From: Marsupella aquatica
Lineage: Eukaryota > Plantae > Marchantiophyta
Direction: 5' to 3'
Assembly (NCBI GenBank): GCA_973895155.1
Contig: OZ316896.1
Location: 19,952,754-20,016,753, forward strand
DNA length: 64,000 nt
In this document: positions 11,901 to 25,000 of the stretch, one piece after another
Numbering within the stretch: position 1 is the first letter of the stretch
How the letters are laid out: the number at the start of each line of letters is the position of its first letter
Notes under the pieces: model-generated
The model's input: only the letters and a program-made list of their open reading frames with translations
Database searches by the model: none
What the model was told of the DNA's origin: nothing
Translations under genes and position numbers: made by a program

Positions 11901-13818
11901 AGAGTTTCTTTGACACATATTAATCAGTTACACCCCTTACTTCAATTCTCCGCTGATAGGCCCGCAAGTGAGACAGTTGAAATAGAAGAAGTCGCCGGAG
12001 TCGATTCTACATGGATTACTTACGGCATAAAATCTTTTACCCTTTAGCGTTCTTAATTACAACTCCTCTTCAATCAGCTCTTTAATCATATAGACTGTCG
12101 TTGAAGCCTGGGTGTCGTGGACGTTAGAGAGCTCCCAATGTATATAGAGATTGACAATTTTGTGACATGGTAAGTTTTCATAGTTGGCATCGGTTTCGGT
12201 AGGTACATGGCCTGTCTCAGAGGTGTTGATTCTCCACGTGACAAATGTTTACGCCGTCCACGAAACAACCCATGTTCAGAAAGCTATACTAAGTATGTTC
12301 AAAGTTTCTAAATAGATCGATATGATGTCGTACTGACTGCAGGTGGGACTGAAGGGAGAGGTGGAAAATGGGTCGGACGTCGGCCTAATGAAACTGAATT
12401 GGTCTTCGGAACCACCTCCCGTTTACAAGCCATTGTCTTGGTACAAAGTAATTAGCAAACCCTGACCCGAAGGTTAGAGGAATGTATTTAAATTATAATG
12501 TATATAAGTGACCAAGTAAGGATAGCTACTTTCCAGTTGTTGACTGAATTGATGATTTATGGTGCACAGACGAAGATAAGCGCTCCGAAAGGTCACAATT
12601 CAGTGGTGCTGGATTTGGGGAGTATGAGCAAGGGGGCAGCATGGATAAATGGGCATCCCTTGGGACGATATTGGGCAACTATTCGAAATCCAAGCAATGA
12701 CTGTCATAGTGATTGCGACTACCGTGGTATTTATGAGCAAGATAAAAAGTGCTTCTCCGGATGTGGGCAACCATCACAACGCTGGTATATATGGGTTCAT
12801 TCCGATGTCACTTTCTTAGTGCAGTACAAAGAATTTAATGAAGGATAACGAATAAACCAAACGGACCTCTTAATTTTTCCGACATATCGGGCCAGATCGT
12901 CGCAGATTATTCAAGAGATTACTTATTCTAAAGCACGAGAATCTCGGTCATAAGAAACATTCACTTAACATAAACTAAAGGGATCCTCTGCTTGCCTAAT
13001 ACAAAGAATTTTGATTCTTGAAAAATATTGAGATGGAAGAAAAAGGTCATGAGCATTTCTGAAGTAAAGGAAGATGAGTACCCGTACTGGAAGCTCGCTT
13101 ATCTGGACCATATCCAGGACCATATCTGAATCCTTGCCTCACAGGTACCACGTTCCTCGAGAGTGGCTAAAATCGAAGGGGAACCTTCTACTTGTCTTCG
13201 AAGAGGTAGGGGGCAACATCACAGAAGTCTCATTAACGAAACTTGTCCATACTTTATGTTCCAATGTCTCTGAGTCCGACCTACCTTCGAAGACAGATCG
13301 TGCAGTTGCCTCACCCCCATTTCCAGAGCTCCACCTTGACTGTGGCACTGGCTATCGAATTACGGAAATTGAGTTTGCAAGCTTCGGAGATCCAGCTGGG
13401 CGATGTGGCCGATTTGCCACTGGAGAATGTCATGCTCCCAAGTCAATGGAAGTGGTACAAGAGGTGCGCTCAAGTACATTGATCTCAATTGAACGTAAAT
13501 AATCTTGCTCGTAAACTCGAACATTAACATATCCTTGTCTTCTGCAGCTTTAGACGTGTGTCATCAATAGATGAACCAAAGAATCTTTTCGAGAGAATTG
13601 TAGAAATTCATATTTCAGTTCTGCTTGCGGTAGTAAGCAATTCCTGCTCTTTGAACTGATGACAGACATGTGTGGGTATTTATCTTTCCTTACAGATTTG
13701 TCAAGGGCGCCAGTTTTGTTCTGTACCAGTGCAGCAGGCTGTGTTTGGGGACGATCCCTGTCTTGGTAGAGTGAAGAGTTTAGCTGTACAAGCAGTATGT
13801 GAACTTGTCTCTCCATAG
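5935..13818 (+). CDS. BGAL: GH35 beta-galactosidase with C-terminal SUEL/Gal-lectin domain, copy 1 (18 exons; start codon uncertain)
   Basis: Exons (5935 or 6001)-6183, 6439-6534, 6966-7078, 7558-7624, 7818-7910, 8023-8166, 8367-8455, 8924-9029, 9243-9327, 9539-9669, 10206-10439, 10862-11166, 11393-11517, 11683-11897, 12343-12447, 12570-12784, 13145-13463, 13696-13818. Motifs: [11 protein letters not shown], catalytic QVENEYG and [25 protein letters not shown], lectin IEFASFG...FGDDPC; hydrophobic signal peptide. Confidence 0.93.
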
Positions 13819-13916
13819 GTTCGTTGAGATACAATCCAGACCAGCAGAGAGGCACCTTCGACCAGGACCATGAGCACCTTTCTACCTAGTAGTATTTGGC
13901 AGTATTTTGGGGAACT

Positions 13917-14155
13917 CTTGTAAATTATGTGTTCGCTGTATCACAGAGTTTTCTTCATTTCAGTTCGATCGAGAAACAGAGCATGGACACTATTTTAGTA
14001 GGTTTGGTAGTTTTTAAGAGAACGCCTTGTAAATTATGTGCTCGCTGCATCGCAGAGTTTTCTTGATGTCATTTCGATAGAGAAATAAAGCATGGACACT
14101 TTAAGTTTTCAGTAGGACGGTCTGGTAGTTTTTAAGAGACCGCCTTGTAAATTAT
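13917..14155. repeat. tandem repeat (~110-120 bp, ~2.2 copies) downstream of BGAL copy 1
   Basis: cttgtaaattatgtg...cagagttttctt...agcatggacact...ggtagtttttaagaga is repeated. Confidence 0.8.
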
Positions 14156-14321
14156 TTGCTCTAAATTCATCTCCGTCTAGAAACAAGTCTCATGTTTTGT
14201 GCTGAGGCTTTATGCGTGATTTCAATTTTTATCTTGGCAGAAAAATAAAATAGCTTTGAGCGGAAATGATTGGAAAAGAATAACAAAAGAATTCAAACGT
14301 AACCTATATATAGACTAAATT

Positions 14322-14685
14322 ATGCCATAATCTATGAGAAAACTTAATTAATCTATTGAAGTCAAGGTAAACGTAGATTACCTAAAGGAGTTCTTCATAT
14401 CCAAGCAAGTTTTAACAATACAATTTGTAACAGTGAGGGATATATGTGGACAAGTAGTTTCTTGGTCTTCTGCTGGTGCTTGTGGATTTAATGTTGTGGC
14501 TTAAGGGAGCAAAAAAAAACACATCTCTAGTTTGCTGCTCACAATGCGGCAGAAAATGCTAGGCGGATTTCAATGAATCAAGGTTAATTTGAAACAAGCC
14601 AAAGTTATGATCATCAACGGCCCAGGTCCAGGAGAGATATATCATTGGGAGCCATTTGTCAGAGTGGTATCATAATTACTAAGTA
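14322..14685 (+). pseudogene. rps11: nuclear plastid DNA insertion (NUPT): plastid ribosomal protein S11 pseudogene
   Basis: AT-rich and intronless. Reads MP*SMRKLN...KRRLPKGVLHIQASFNNTI..VRDICGQVVSWSSAGACGF..GAKK..FAAHNAAENA..KQAKVMI.GPGPG..AICQSGII, with stops and frameshifts. Confidence 0.9.
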
Positions 14686-14739
14686 AGTTTTTTACACCAG
14701 TCAGCAGGGTGGAGGTATTGTAGATGCGAGCCAAACATA

Positions 14740-14890
14740 AATTTTTGATAGCAAAGAGAATTTTATTAGAGAGTCCCTAGCTAGTGGTTTTTAATTAATT
14801 TCTTTTAATTTTTGCTGACTTTTACATTTTGAGTGCATTCTAAGACTCCAAATGGCTAAGGCTAGCCAAAATGAGGAGTCCCCAAAAAGT
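14740..14890. repeat. degenerate dispersed repeat related to ~52195-52360
   Basis: Shared word order: ttttgatagcaa.gag...ctagt...ttaatttctttt...aaga.tcca.atggcta...ccaaaatga. Confidence 0.4.
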
Positions 14891-15596
14891 AATGGATTTT
14901 ACTAACCAAGTTTTGGCTAGTTAGGGACTAACTTTGCTAGTGAAGAGGGACTTTTTTCTTCCATCATAACAACAATTTTTTTACTGTTTGCTTGCACGCA
15001 ACAATTACCCAGCCAATCAAGGAAGGAAGGCTGAAATTCTATTCTATTCAATTCAAATGAAAAAGAAACCTGTCAAAAGCTACTCAATTATAATCACTAA
15101 TCAATAGACAGTGAAACTATATACTATAATCCAAAACCCCCGCCAAAACCAACCCAATATAATCAACCATCTGGCTATTCTACAGAGACAAAAAAGAGTA
15201 CAGTCCCGTGAGTTTAACTTTGAAAACTTCCAATGAAGTCCAACCGAAAGGGGTCAAACTGAAGTAGGGAAAGAATTCTGAGGAATAATTTCACGAGGTG
15301 GCAAAGTTAAGGAGACAGCCGTTGCTTTGTCTCAAGCTTTTATTGCGTCCAGTTTATCTTGGGTTGAATGAAAATGATGTCCAACTACATGAACCATGGA
15401 ACCCCCATGTCCAGTGGCAGTTTTTACACCTTCATTCATTGACGCCATTTTTCTTTTCTGCAGCAAAATTTGACCTGCAACAACTCCTTTGTTATAGCTA
15501 GAACTCAACTGGCTCTTCTTGGGCAGCTAGTTAGAAGTGGTTAGGAAATTAAGACCTTTCCAACCAGTCTAATATCACCACTATTCATAACCAATT

Positions 15597-15944
15597 TGTT
15601 GAGCATAGACGACAATCGCAACGGCAAGCCCATGAACCATCCAACGCACAAAAGTCGATATAGAGAGATACGTGGTTCACCTCCACATGAGGTTACGTCC
15701 ACGGGAACACACAAGAGCTTTACTGCACTCTAGGCCGACCGGCCATACCAAGCATGGACCACAACACAAGCTCTCTCTATCTCTCAACTAGTTCCGTAAC
15801 AATGAGCTTAAGTTTCCACTCTCCAAGCAAACACCGCTTGGTTATAGAGTGTGCACAGCATGACTAACCTAACCAAGTCTGCGACTAAGATTAGCCTTAA
15901 CTATGGTACACTCGTGACTCTAGACCTAAGAGTAAATCCTAACA
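15597..15944. mobile_element. solo LTR (348 bp) with 5-bp TSD CAATT
   Basis: TGTT...AACA termini; identical CAATT at 15592-15596 and 15945-15949; copia-LTR-like motif ACGTGGTTC...TACGTCCACGGG. Confidence 0.88.
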
Positions 15945-18744
15945 CAATTGAGAGAGTTATGAATTTATGAAGTTTAGTCCATCACTCACTTTGACATTCA
16001 ATATCTCTCTCAATATCTTCTCGTGAGGGTGTTAAGGCATAACTTGGAAGATTGCTTAATAGACTGCGTCGTTGAAGTGAAACTTGCCAAGAATTTGCTA
16101 GGGTGCTTCTTGCTTGTGAAGGGAACTTTTCTGTAATTTATAAACTAAGTCAATGTGAAAAAAATAGTGGGGTGGCCAAGAAAATAGGAAATTTTAATGC
16201 TTGTTTTTTTTCCTTATTTTGGTAATTTTATAAAAGATATGTCAAAGTGGAACATACTTTTAGTCCCTCCTAGACAACTATCATGTCTTGTAGTCAAGCT
16301 CTCTGTTGCCTTTGAGGCTGATTTCTATACCGATTTCTATCCAGCCTGAGCATCAATTACAGCTCCACCGAGCCGTGGTAAAATCTACAAAGCTCTCACT
16401 TGCTGTAAAGCATAAACAAATGGTCTAGTTTACTCCAATGAGTCACTATCATAATGTTTTATTTCACAGGTTAAAGAAGCGTTACTTTCATTAATATTTC
16501 AATATTAGAGTCGTATCTGTCCACTGTAAGTCGCTAACTTCAACAAAATAGAACAATTGAGGATTTTGTGTCACGGGTGTGTAACTGGCCGCCAATATAG
16601 CCAAAGAAGATATACATCCCATTTTGTCTATTGTTGGACATCTCGCTTCATTGTCATTGACTCAGTCTCTTTACAACCTCCTTTAATTTTCCTTGCTTGT
16701 TTTAAGCAAACGTCATGGTGGCCTGGATCCATGGCTCCTGTTCTTCCACCCCCACCATCTGTTGGTAGCATGGATGGTACGTTCTTCAACCTCCTGCCAC
16801 TGTCCTGTTATTTGAACTAGGGAGCTCCCCCTTTCCAGGTCCCTTGCCCCCCTTTATAGGCTTGCTCACCTTTGCTACCCTATCTTCCGGTTGGGCATTA
16901 TTTTTCTTCTTTAATTAGAAATGTGAGAAATATACTATAGAGTTTATCTTACAATTGTACTCACCTCTGTCATTGTTAAATCCAAGACACATGTCCCCAG
17001 ATTGTAAACACTGATATATATGTGGATATCATGGTTGATGTCAAACATTCTAAAGATACAAAAATGGTAATTAAATCATTGGCGCCAGAAACAAAGCGCC
17101 TGGTGTATAGGTTTCCATGCCCATTTCCCACCCCAAAAAGAAAAAGAAAAAACCGATCTATACTATGTCCGGCCCCCAGCCAATTCTCCAAGATTTTAGG
17201 ATGCAGTCGCCACTGGTCGCTCCATCTCATGAAGGCTAGAGGAGTCAGCTCTGGGTGTAGACTACAAGTTTTCTAAGAGATGCATGGTGAAGCATTTGTG
17301 TAGGCGAGATGCTGCTTTGTACAGCTTTCCTATGATCTCCAATCTTTTGCAGGATGCCTCTCCTGGGTTGGGATCCTGGTGGGAAGGGAGCTTCCTCGAC
17401 CACATTTGTGCAAGGTTGGCAGCCACATATATACATTTACTCGACGATGTCAAATTAATTGAGATATTACATGATTCCAAACCATCATCTCAACCCTTGC
17501 AACATGTGACTTTGAGTCCAATTTGTGTCCACGACTTTAGTGTGCTCTGGATGCACGAACCCATCACATCTGTATCCGTGAAATCTCTCGATAGTGGATG
17601 TACGCTCTACTGACCTATCACATCTTGTTAATCTGTCATAAGTCTCTATTAAATTCCAGATAGACGTACGTGGAATGATCACAGCAGCAAAGACTGTCGG
17701 CATACGAAACACGTCTGATCGAGAAGTTTCACATGCAGATGGTCAGGAAACAGTTAGAAACTTGGATCTCCGTGTCTGAGTAAATTCCTAAGTGACGGCC
17801 TTTCCCATCCATGGTATCTAACTGTCTGTCACCTGTGCGGCTGTGCGTGTGTACCCTGCGAGAGCCAAACAGATTGTGTCCTTGTATTAATTGTCTAGCA
17901 TATAGAGATCGTCTCTAGAGCTGCTCTGCTCTGATCGAATGACTGAATCTGCACAGCGTTCTTTCTCTCGGACATTCTTCGATCATGGGCCAAAGCGTAC
18001 ATCGTGCAGGGAACAGACGTACGAAGTACAGTTTACGCGGCCCATATCTAGGCCCAGGCCCACCGAGTCAGGGTAGTAGACTGTCTCAAATGTTCTCCAC
18101 GAGTTTGATCAGAGTTATACGCACCATTGTGCCTTGAGAAGTTCGAAGGTGACGACTGTTTCCCATATATGATATATAGACAATTCGTAATTTACTTACG
18201 AACTATCATGAGGGACATGCAGTCGGAGATGCAACAGTGATGGTCCACCAGTTCGCCGACTTAATGATCAACTCTGATAGTTGAGACTCTAAAGTCATTG
18301 CTGATCATGTTCAATTCACAAGGTGATTAACAATGGAGCACTCCGTGTCTTTAGAGAGGTCGACTAGCATGGAATCATGCAAGAATCATTCTACTAGTCT
18401 TCTTCTCACTAACAGCTCGATCCCACTCTATAGGGAAACCAACGCTCGACAGATGACGTAGCGAAGTGGAGGAGATCTGAAAGACTGTCATGCGAAGAGC
18501 GGTTATGATATGTGCCACTACCATGGCCGTTATGAACAAGAGGTAAATCACAACTCCGAATTTTGACCCTCAGACATCACAGCGCTGCATTCGATGCCTT
18601 CTAATGATCTGAATTTCAAACGACAAAGAGACGCGCGAAAGGAATTTGGTCATTGAAGAATGATAAGTCCTGGTCACATGAAAACGTTGGATTTCTAGCT
18701 GAATATGGTTAGTACTGGTGTCCATCTAACTCGGTCACTCAGTT

Positions 18745-18975
18745 TATAGAGTACAATCTAATTCCGACGATGGTCTTCGGCACTGTGGTCTTGGGCCCAA
18801 CTTGTCTCTTTGTTTTCTTTCCTGAAGAATGATCTGTAGAAAAATTGTTCTGATGTCATGACATTGTCATGCCCTTCGTTTTCAGGTGCTATTAATCTTC
18901 TTCAAAGTTCCTCCCATTTTCGAGCAACATGCTGATTCTCTTCGAAGAGTTCAAAGGCCAATCTGGACCCAGTTC
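18745..18975 (+). pseudogene. decayed fragment of another GH35 beta-galactosidase (equivalent of exon 16, intron, exon 17)
   Basis: YRVQSNSDDGLRHCG..PT resembles YRGxYNSDKCLxNCGxP; after ttttcag| (18885) the frame reads ...[13 protein letters not shown], resembling ...SGNLLVLFEExGG. Confidence 0.55.
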
Positions 18976-19084
18976 ATGTACTAGTTTATCGGCTTCAAAA
19001 AATTGCTTAATGCGCCGGCATTACGGGTTGAATGGTGCAAGAACTGAGACCACAAGAACTGAAAGTGGGATTTCTTCGGAAAGT

Positions 19085-22000
19085 ATGCGGAGGATACTAG
19101 CGTTCTACGGGCTCCTCGTCCTCATCATCGGTGGCTTGCAGTGCTGCAGTGGTAGCCACGAACCAACCAATGGTTCTGTGTGGTATGACCATCGAGCCCT
19201 TCTCATCGATGGACACCGTCGTTTCCTCATCTCCGGTTCGATTCACTATCCGCGAAGCACTCCTCAGGTCTCCGTCCTAACCGTAGATATGCATTTCAAT
19301 CTTAATTTTCTGATCCGTCAGTGTTCATCAGGGACATTACTTTATTTCACTGCAGAGCTCTGACATTTGTTTACTGCACCTTCAATGACGAAATTGTCTA
19401 TTTCAATTGACTTGGGCATATACATCCATTTGATGAGCTCCCCTGAAATTTCTCTGTGCAAATTTATCGACAATGTATTTCTTTTCTTTCCATAAGGTTA
19501 ATTGCTTAGATTTGCAGTGACTGCGTGAATACTATTATTATATTTCGAGACCCTGCGTTTGGTAACTGTTTGCAATTATACAACATAATTGTGTTGAAAT
19601 TTTTCTATTTCGTTGAATCTACATGAGGTGGTCACGATTACCGGACGATTCATGTGTTGATCAATATATATGTAGCTATGACAACACTTTGCAAACAACT
19701 TCTTGCTACTAATAATGATCAGAGCAGGCAAGCACCAACTTGATGTGCCTCGTACAAAATCAATGCTTGTGATGCAGATGTGGCCCAAATTAATAGACCT
19801 TGCCAAACAGGGAGGTCTGGATGTTATTCAGACTTACGTGTTTTGGGACGGTCATGAGCAGTCAAGAGGACAGGTGAGCATCGGGTTCTCCTTCCCCGAA
19901 TTGCAGCTGATTTCACAAGGCATATATAGGACGTTCTTACAACACATATGGGAGCAGAATTTTCTGCTCAGTTAACTTCTCGAATATGCATGTTAGTACA
20001 CTGGAGTTAAATATTTTAGCACATGATTGAGTTGCAAAGGAATACACAGGTTCTAGATCGATGTAGATATTTTGGTCGCTGACGCAAGGAAAGGAACGAA
20101 GTTTCGAAAACTGTGGATTACGTTCTAGAAGCTCAAGAGTCAGCCGCGTACTCGATACTGGGCCTGGTAAGCACAACTTTTAGATCGAGCAATCCGTAAT
20201 GAACATATCTGTGGACGTAAATTGTAATTTAGCTTCTTCGGCGCTTTCGATTCTTATTCCCGTTATTTATGTGGAGTTGCATGCACCGTACATGCAGTAC
20301 TATTTTGGAGGAAGGTATAATCTTGTTCGCTTCATCAAGGACGTCCACAAAGCCGGCCTCTACGTTAACCTACGAATTGGTCCTTACATAAGCGCGGAAT
20401 GGAACTTCGGGTGAGCGTAGTCGAGAGCTAGCTTCCTACAAAACTCTGAACTTTCCGGTAGTTAATGATGTTTCCAAGTGCCCTGTCTAGTACACTCCAA
20501 ATCCCTCCTCTGCCTTCGGTTGCACACTAAAAATGCTCTGTCGATATTCTCACTTAGCGGTACTTCGTTGTATTTCACAAATCGCAATACAAGAAACCGG
20601 GCAAGAAATCTAACGTTAGATCTAGAAGACTTCCTGACGATGAATCGATGACATGCTATAGTTGTGACATCAAAATAGTTTACAGTAACAGTTTTGAATT
20701 AAGCTGGCACCTGCTGATCGAACTGAACATTTGAATGTGGAGATATCAGGTAGTGCCTTTCGTTGTGATGTCGAGTGAGCGTTCTGAGGTCAACTGCGCT
20801 AAACCAAAAGTTCTATCAGCAGTAGTATTAGATTAAAACCAGAGTTTCTAACTTGACGAGTTGCACCTTGCCCCTCTCTGGCTTGTATCCGGAAATTGCA
20901 TGTTCCTTTGCAGGGGCTTTCCGGAATGGCTGCGTGAAATCCCGGGTATTGAGTTCCGGACAAACAATGAACCCTTCAAGGTGCAAACCATTCTTTTCGT
21001 AAGCTTCAGGCAGCCAATTGGATGCCAAGTTTGACTTTATTATTTTTGCACTGAGCTATACAGGACAGTATTCATGTCTGCAGCATTTTATGATCATTGC
21101 AGCATTTTACGTTCATCAATGTCGAACATGCAGGTTAGGTGTACAGTATTGCAGAGGAAGCGACTACTTAGCCGTTGCCATCCGATAAACTCATAATGAC
21201 TGTCCTTCTTACTTGCAAACAGGCCGAGATGCAGAGGTTCGTTTCATATATTGTTGAGAAGATGAAGAAACACAAGCTCTTTTACTGGCAAGGAGGTCCC
21301 ATAATCTTATCCCAGGTGAATACATAACATTTATGATCTGCAACAACACCCAATCTACTACGAGGCTCTGACTGCAATTTCCCAACGAAAGGATGACTTC
21401 TTACCTACTGCCGGAGATTTGAGACAGTTTGTAGTTTGAGGTGAGACGTACAGTAGTGAACATGAATAAGTTTTGCTAATTGTTAAGCAATATGATGCAG
21501 GTGGAGAACGAGTACGGTATGATTGAAGAAGCTTACGGGCAGGCTGGCGCCGAGTATGTGCTGTGGGCAGGAGCCATGGCGGTCGACCTCAACACGAGTG
21601 TGCCCTGGATAATGTGCAAGCAAACTAACGCCCCCGGTAGCATTGTAAGTCTGATCAAACGAATCCCCCCAAGTCCGCAACTCAGCCTGAAAGGCGGAAT
21701 GCGTGATTGAGTGCTCCCATCTCATAATGCAGAATGAAGTATTTATACATACGTATTGCTCCGTTTCTCCTACTTGCGAACCGAAGGTCTGATCACATCC
21801 TGGTGTTATATTTTGATCGATCGTAAATTGAATCTGAGTTTCAGATTGACACATGCAATGGATTCTACTGCGACAACTATGAACCAAACGCCTACGACAA
21901 GCCCAAGATGTGGACGGAGAATTGGACGGGCTGGTATGTGCAAGAATTTTTCAAGGATATCAGTTATCCCTATGAAGAAATAGTCTGTCATGATGTCGAT

Positions 22001-25000
22001 CAACATTCCTCCCTGTGTCGTATATATTGAGTTGGTGAGATTTGCCAACCAGATTGAATCATGCTTTAGCTGCTCTTAGTACCTCCTCCCTAAAGTCGCT
22101 CGAGCTTGATCGACGTGCATGAAAGAAACTCCAAAGTAATCGGAGATGGAAACAATCATGTCGATCAGGAAGTTCAATTCAGATTTCACTTGCAAGCGGA
22201 GGCCGCCGATCACAGATTGCAACGGCGTACGGTGTGGGTCAACTCTCTAGCTTTAACAGTGATTAACTTTCTGCCCGTTGTATGACAGGTTCCATTCCTG
22301 GGGAATGTATCTTCCCCATCGTCCAGTAGAAGATATTGCTTATGCAACGGCCCGATTTTTCCAGAAGGGGGGCAGCTTTGTGAACTACTACATGGTACAA
22401 TCACATTGTGTATGATGATTAACTCTTCGTTTCCTTTCATTGTCATTTTGAACGAAACACATGCATGATTTTAGCGAGAATTGATTCAGTAATATTGTGG
22501 CTTGATGCTAACGAATGAATTTTCGCCGAGCACTGTATGGGTAACTTTACAAACCTACTATTTTTAGGGAACCACTTTAATGCTTTCATGTACTTGTAAT
22601 AATCACTTTTCCGGATGGGTCCGTTCGATCGACATATTATTTACCCTCGGCTCCTGTGGCTGTTTAATGTCTTAGTATCATGGAGGTACAAATTTTGGAC
22701 GCACTGGATCGGCAGGGATGACAACAAGTTATGATTATGATGCTCCCATCGACGAATATGGTCCGACTCCTCTAGCTATCTAAAGCTTTTTAAAGTCTAA
22801 TTTTTAGAACTCATTGAATTCCTGTCTGTGATCGAGTGCTAGTCATGAATGCATTCCAGGCAGGATTCTCTGAGTCACACTCTTGTCCGAAATCAATCGA
22901 TGTTTGATGCATGAGCTCGTGAGTTAGTTTTAAACGGAGAGCATATTGACATAGGGACAATCAGGGTGTTTCTGAGTAATTGCTGGGGCTCTACAGGACA
23001 AGCGATGCAGCCAAAGTGGGGTCATCTCAAGGCCTTGCATGCTGCATTAAAGCTTTGTGAACCAGCTCTGGCAGTCGTTGACGGAGAGGCCCGTCTCTGG
23101 ACTATTCCTGGTTGGGAAATAGAAGTACGTACCTGTTTGCTGCTGAAGGTGTCGAGTACATATTTCCAAGGCTTCGAAAATGAAATTATTTTTGTTGTTC
23201 CCTACAATTGTTTGCGTTCCAAATCTAAGCCTGTCACAGAAATCATGGAGGAAGTAATTCGCAAGGTGATATCTAGGAAAACGTTTGAGAATATACAGGA
23301 ATGGTTCCTTTGTCACCAACTATTGTCTGCAGGATCTAACCCTCCAGGTCTATTTCTCTTCGTTTTCACCAGTGAGATTATTAATAACGCTGTTACCTTA
23401 ATTTGGCGTGACAGTGTTCCTGAGCTTGTTTGCAAGCGACAGACATTTAAACTCTGTTTTCATTTCAACCTGAACTTGTGCTCTTCTAGATGAAATGCAA
23501 GCATATGCAAAGGATTTCTAATCATAGTTCGAGAAGTTGTCTGCTGAAACAATCTCTTATTCTACCTTGACCAGCTAGATATATGATTTGATTTATGCAA
23601 GCATGGAAAGGGTCATTGGAGAATTGGAGTCGACGGATTTTGGAGAATGGACGAAGAGGTTTTGCCTAATTAACTGACTGGCGTGCAGATCCATGTCTAC
23701 TCTAATAGTACCGAAGAGGATCCATCTCAAACATCGCTGGCCATGGATGGCACGATAGTCTGTGCTTCATTCATATCTAACTCGGCCTTGACGGACGTAA
23801 CTGTGGAGTTTTTTGGGCAAACTTACGCCTTGCCTGCTTGGTCCGTCAGCATTCTACCAGATTGCAAAAATGTGGTCTTCAATACAGCTCAGGTCGGCTT
23901 CATTTGTTCTAACCTGACCATAAATCAATGTGACTTCTACACGGACGGCTCTACAGCTTGACTATAGCCTAAGTTGTCAAGTCCTATATCAGAACCCTTC
24001 TATAATTATCTTTGAAGGCCACACGTGCATGATGTGCAGAGATTTAGATTTGGCTATCATTCTTGACGCTAAGAAAGATATGTTCGAAGTCATAAAAGAA
24101 GATGATAATAAAGCTTCTGGTTCAGAACATATTTTGCAGTCGTACAATGGAGTAAGTTATTCCGGTCAAATGTCATTTAATCTCTAAATTCGTTGTTGTC
24201 CTGTTCATAATCTCCTTGTGAAATTTTGGAGGTAAAAATGACCATGGATTCCTGTCAAACAGGTCGCAAATGAGACGTCTATGAAGGATATCGAGCAAAC
24301 GCAAGCAAAAGATTTAGAGGCTCCAATGCTCTCTGAGTGGACCCGAGATGGCAGCATCCCTTCAGAAGTGCAAGTTGCTAAACTCTCAAACTTAAATGAA
24401 AGCAACTCCTCTGCCCCTGAACATGAAGCTCTTAGCTGGAGTTCTGCTCAAGATGTCGTGGGCGTCTGGGGAGTCGCCATTGTTCACCAGGGGTTGCTCG
24501 AGCAGATCAATACGACTCATGACAGGACGGACTATTTGTGGTACACTACAACGTGAGTACCTAGCGTCCGGCCCCTGTACGTTTGCGCTTGGTTTACATT
24601 TTAGAAAGATGGATGATTCATTAACAGTCGAGGGCCGGACGACAATGATCAATCAATTTTGTTTTCGGTAAAATAGCTGCTCTAACATATGTTCCGAGCT
24701 ACCTTCCTCTTCCACACTGATGTGTCTGCAGTGTCAACGTCCCAGAGCATTCAAACTCGTCCCAGCACCAAGCAATTGGCGGAGTTGATGGTACTCGGCT
24801 GATAATCGAGAATGTACGAACAATAGTCTATGTGTTCATCAACGGCGAGCCTGCAGGCAAGTAGAAGAATTATCTTTCCTATCTAACTGTCACAATCCAA
24901 ATTTCCACGAATTGAGCGTGAAATAGTCGAGACAAGGATACAAGTGAAGATGATCTGGATCAATCACTGAACTTGTGGTAGAACTTTTGGGAGACTCTGT

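Noticed and set aside
14322-14685. Functional nuclear transfer of rps11
   Set aside because: Stop at codon 3, several frameshifts, truncated 3' end and no transit peptide.
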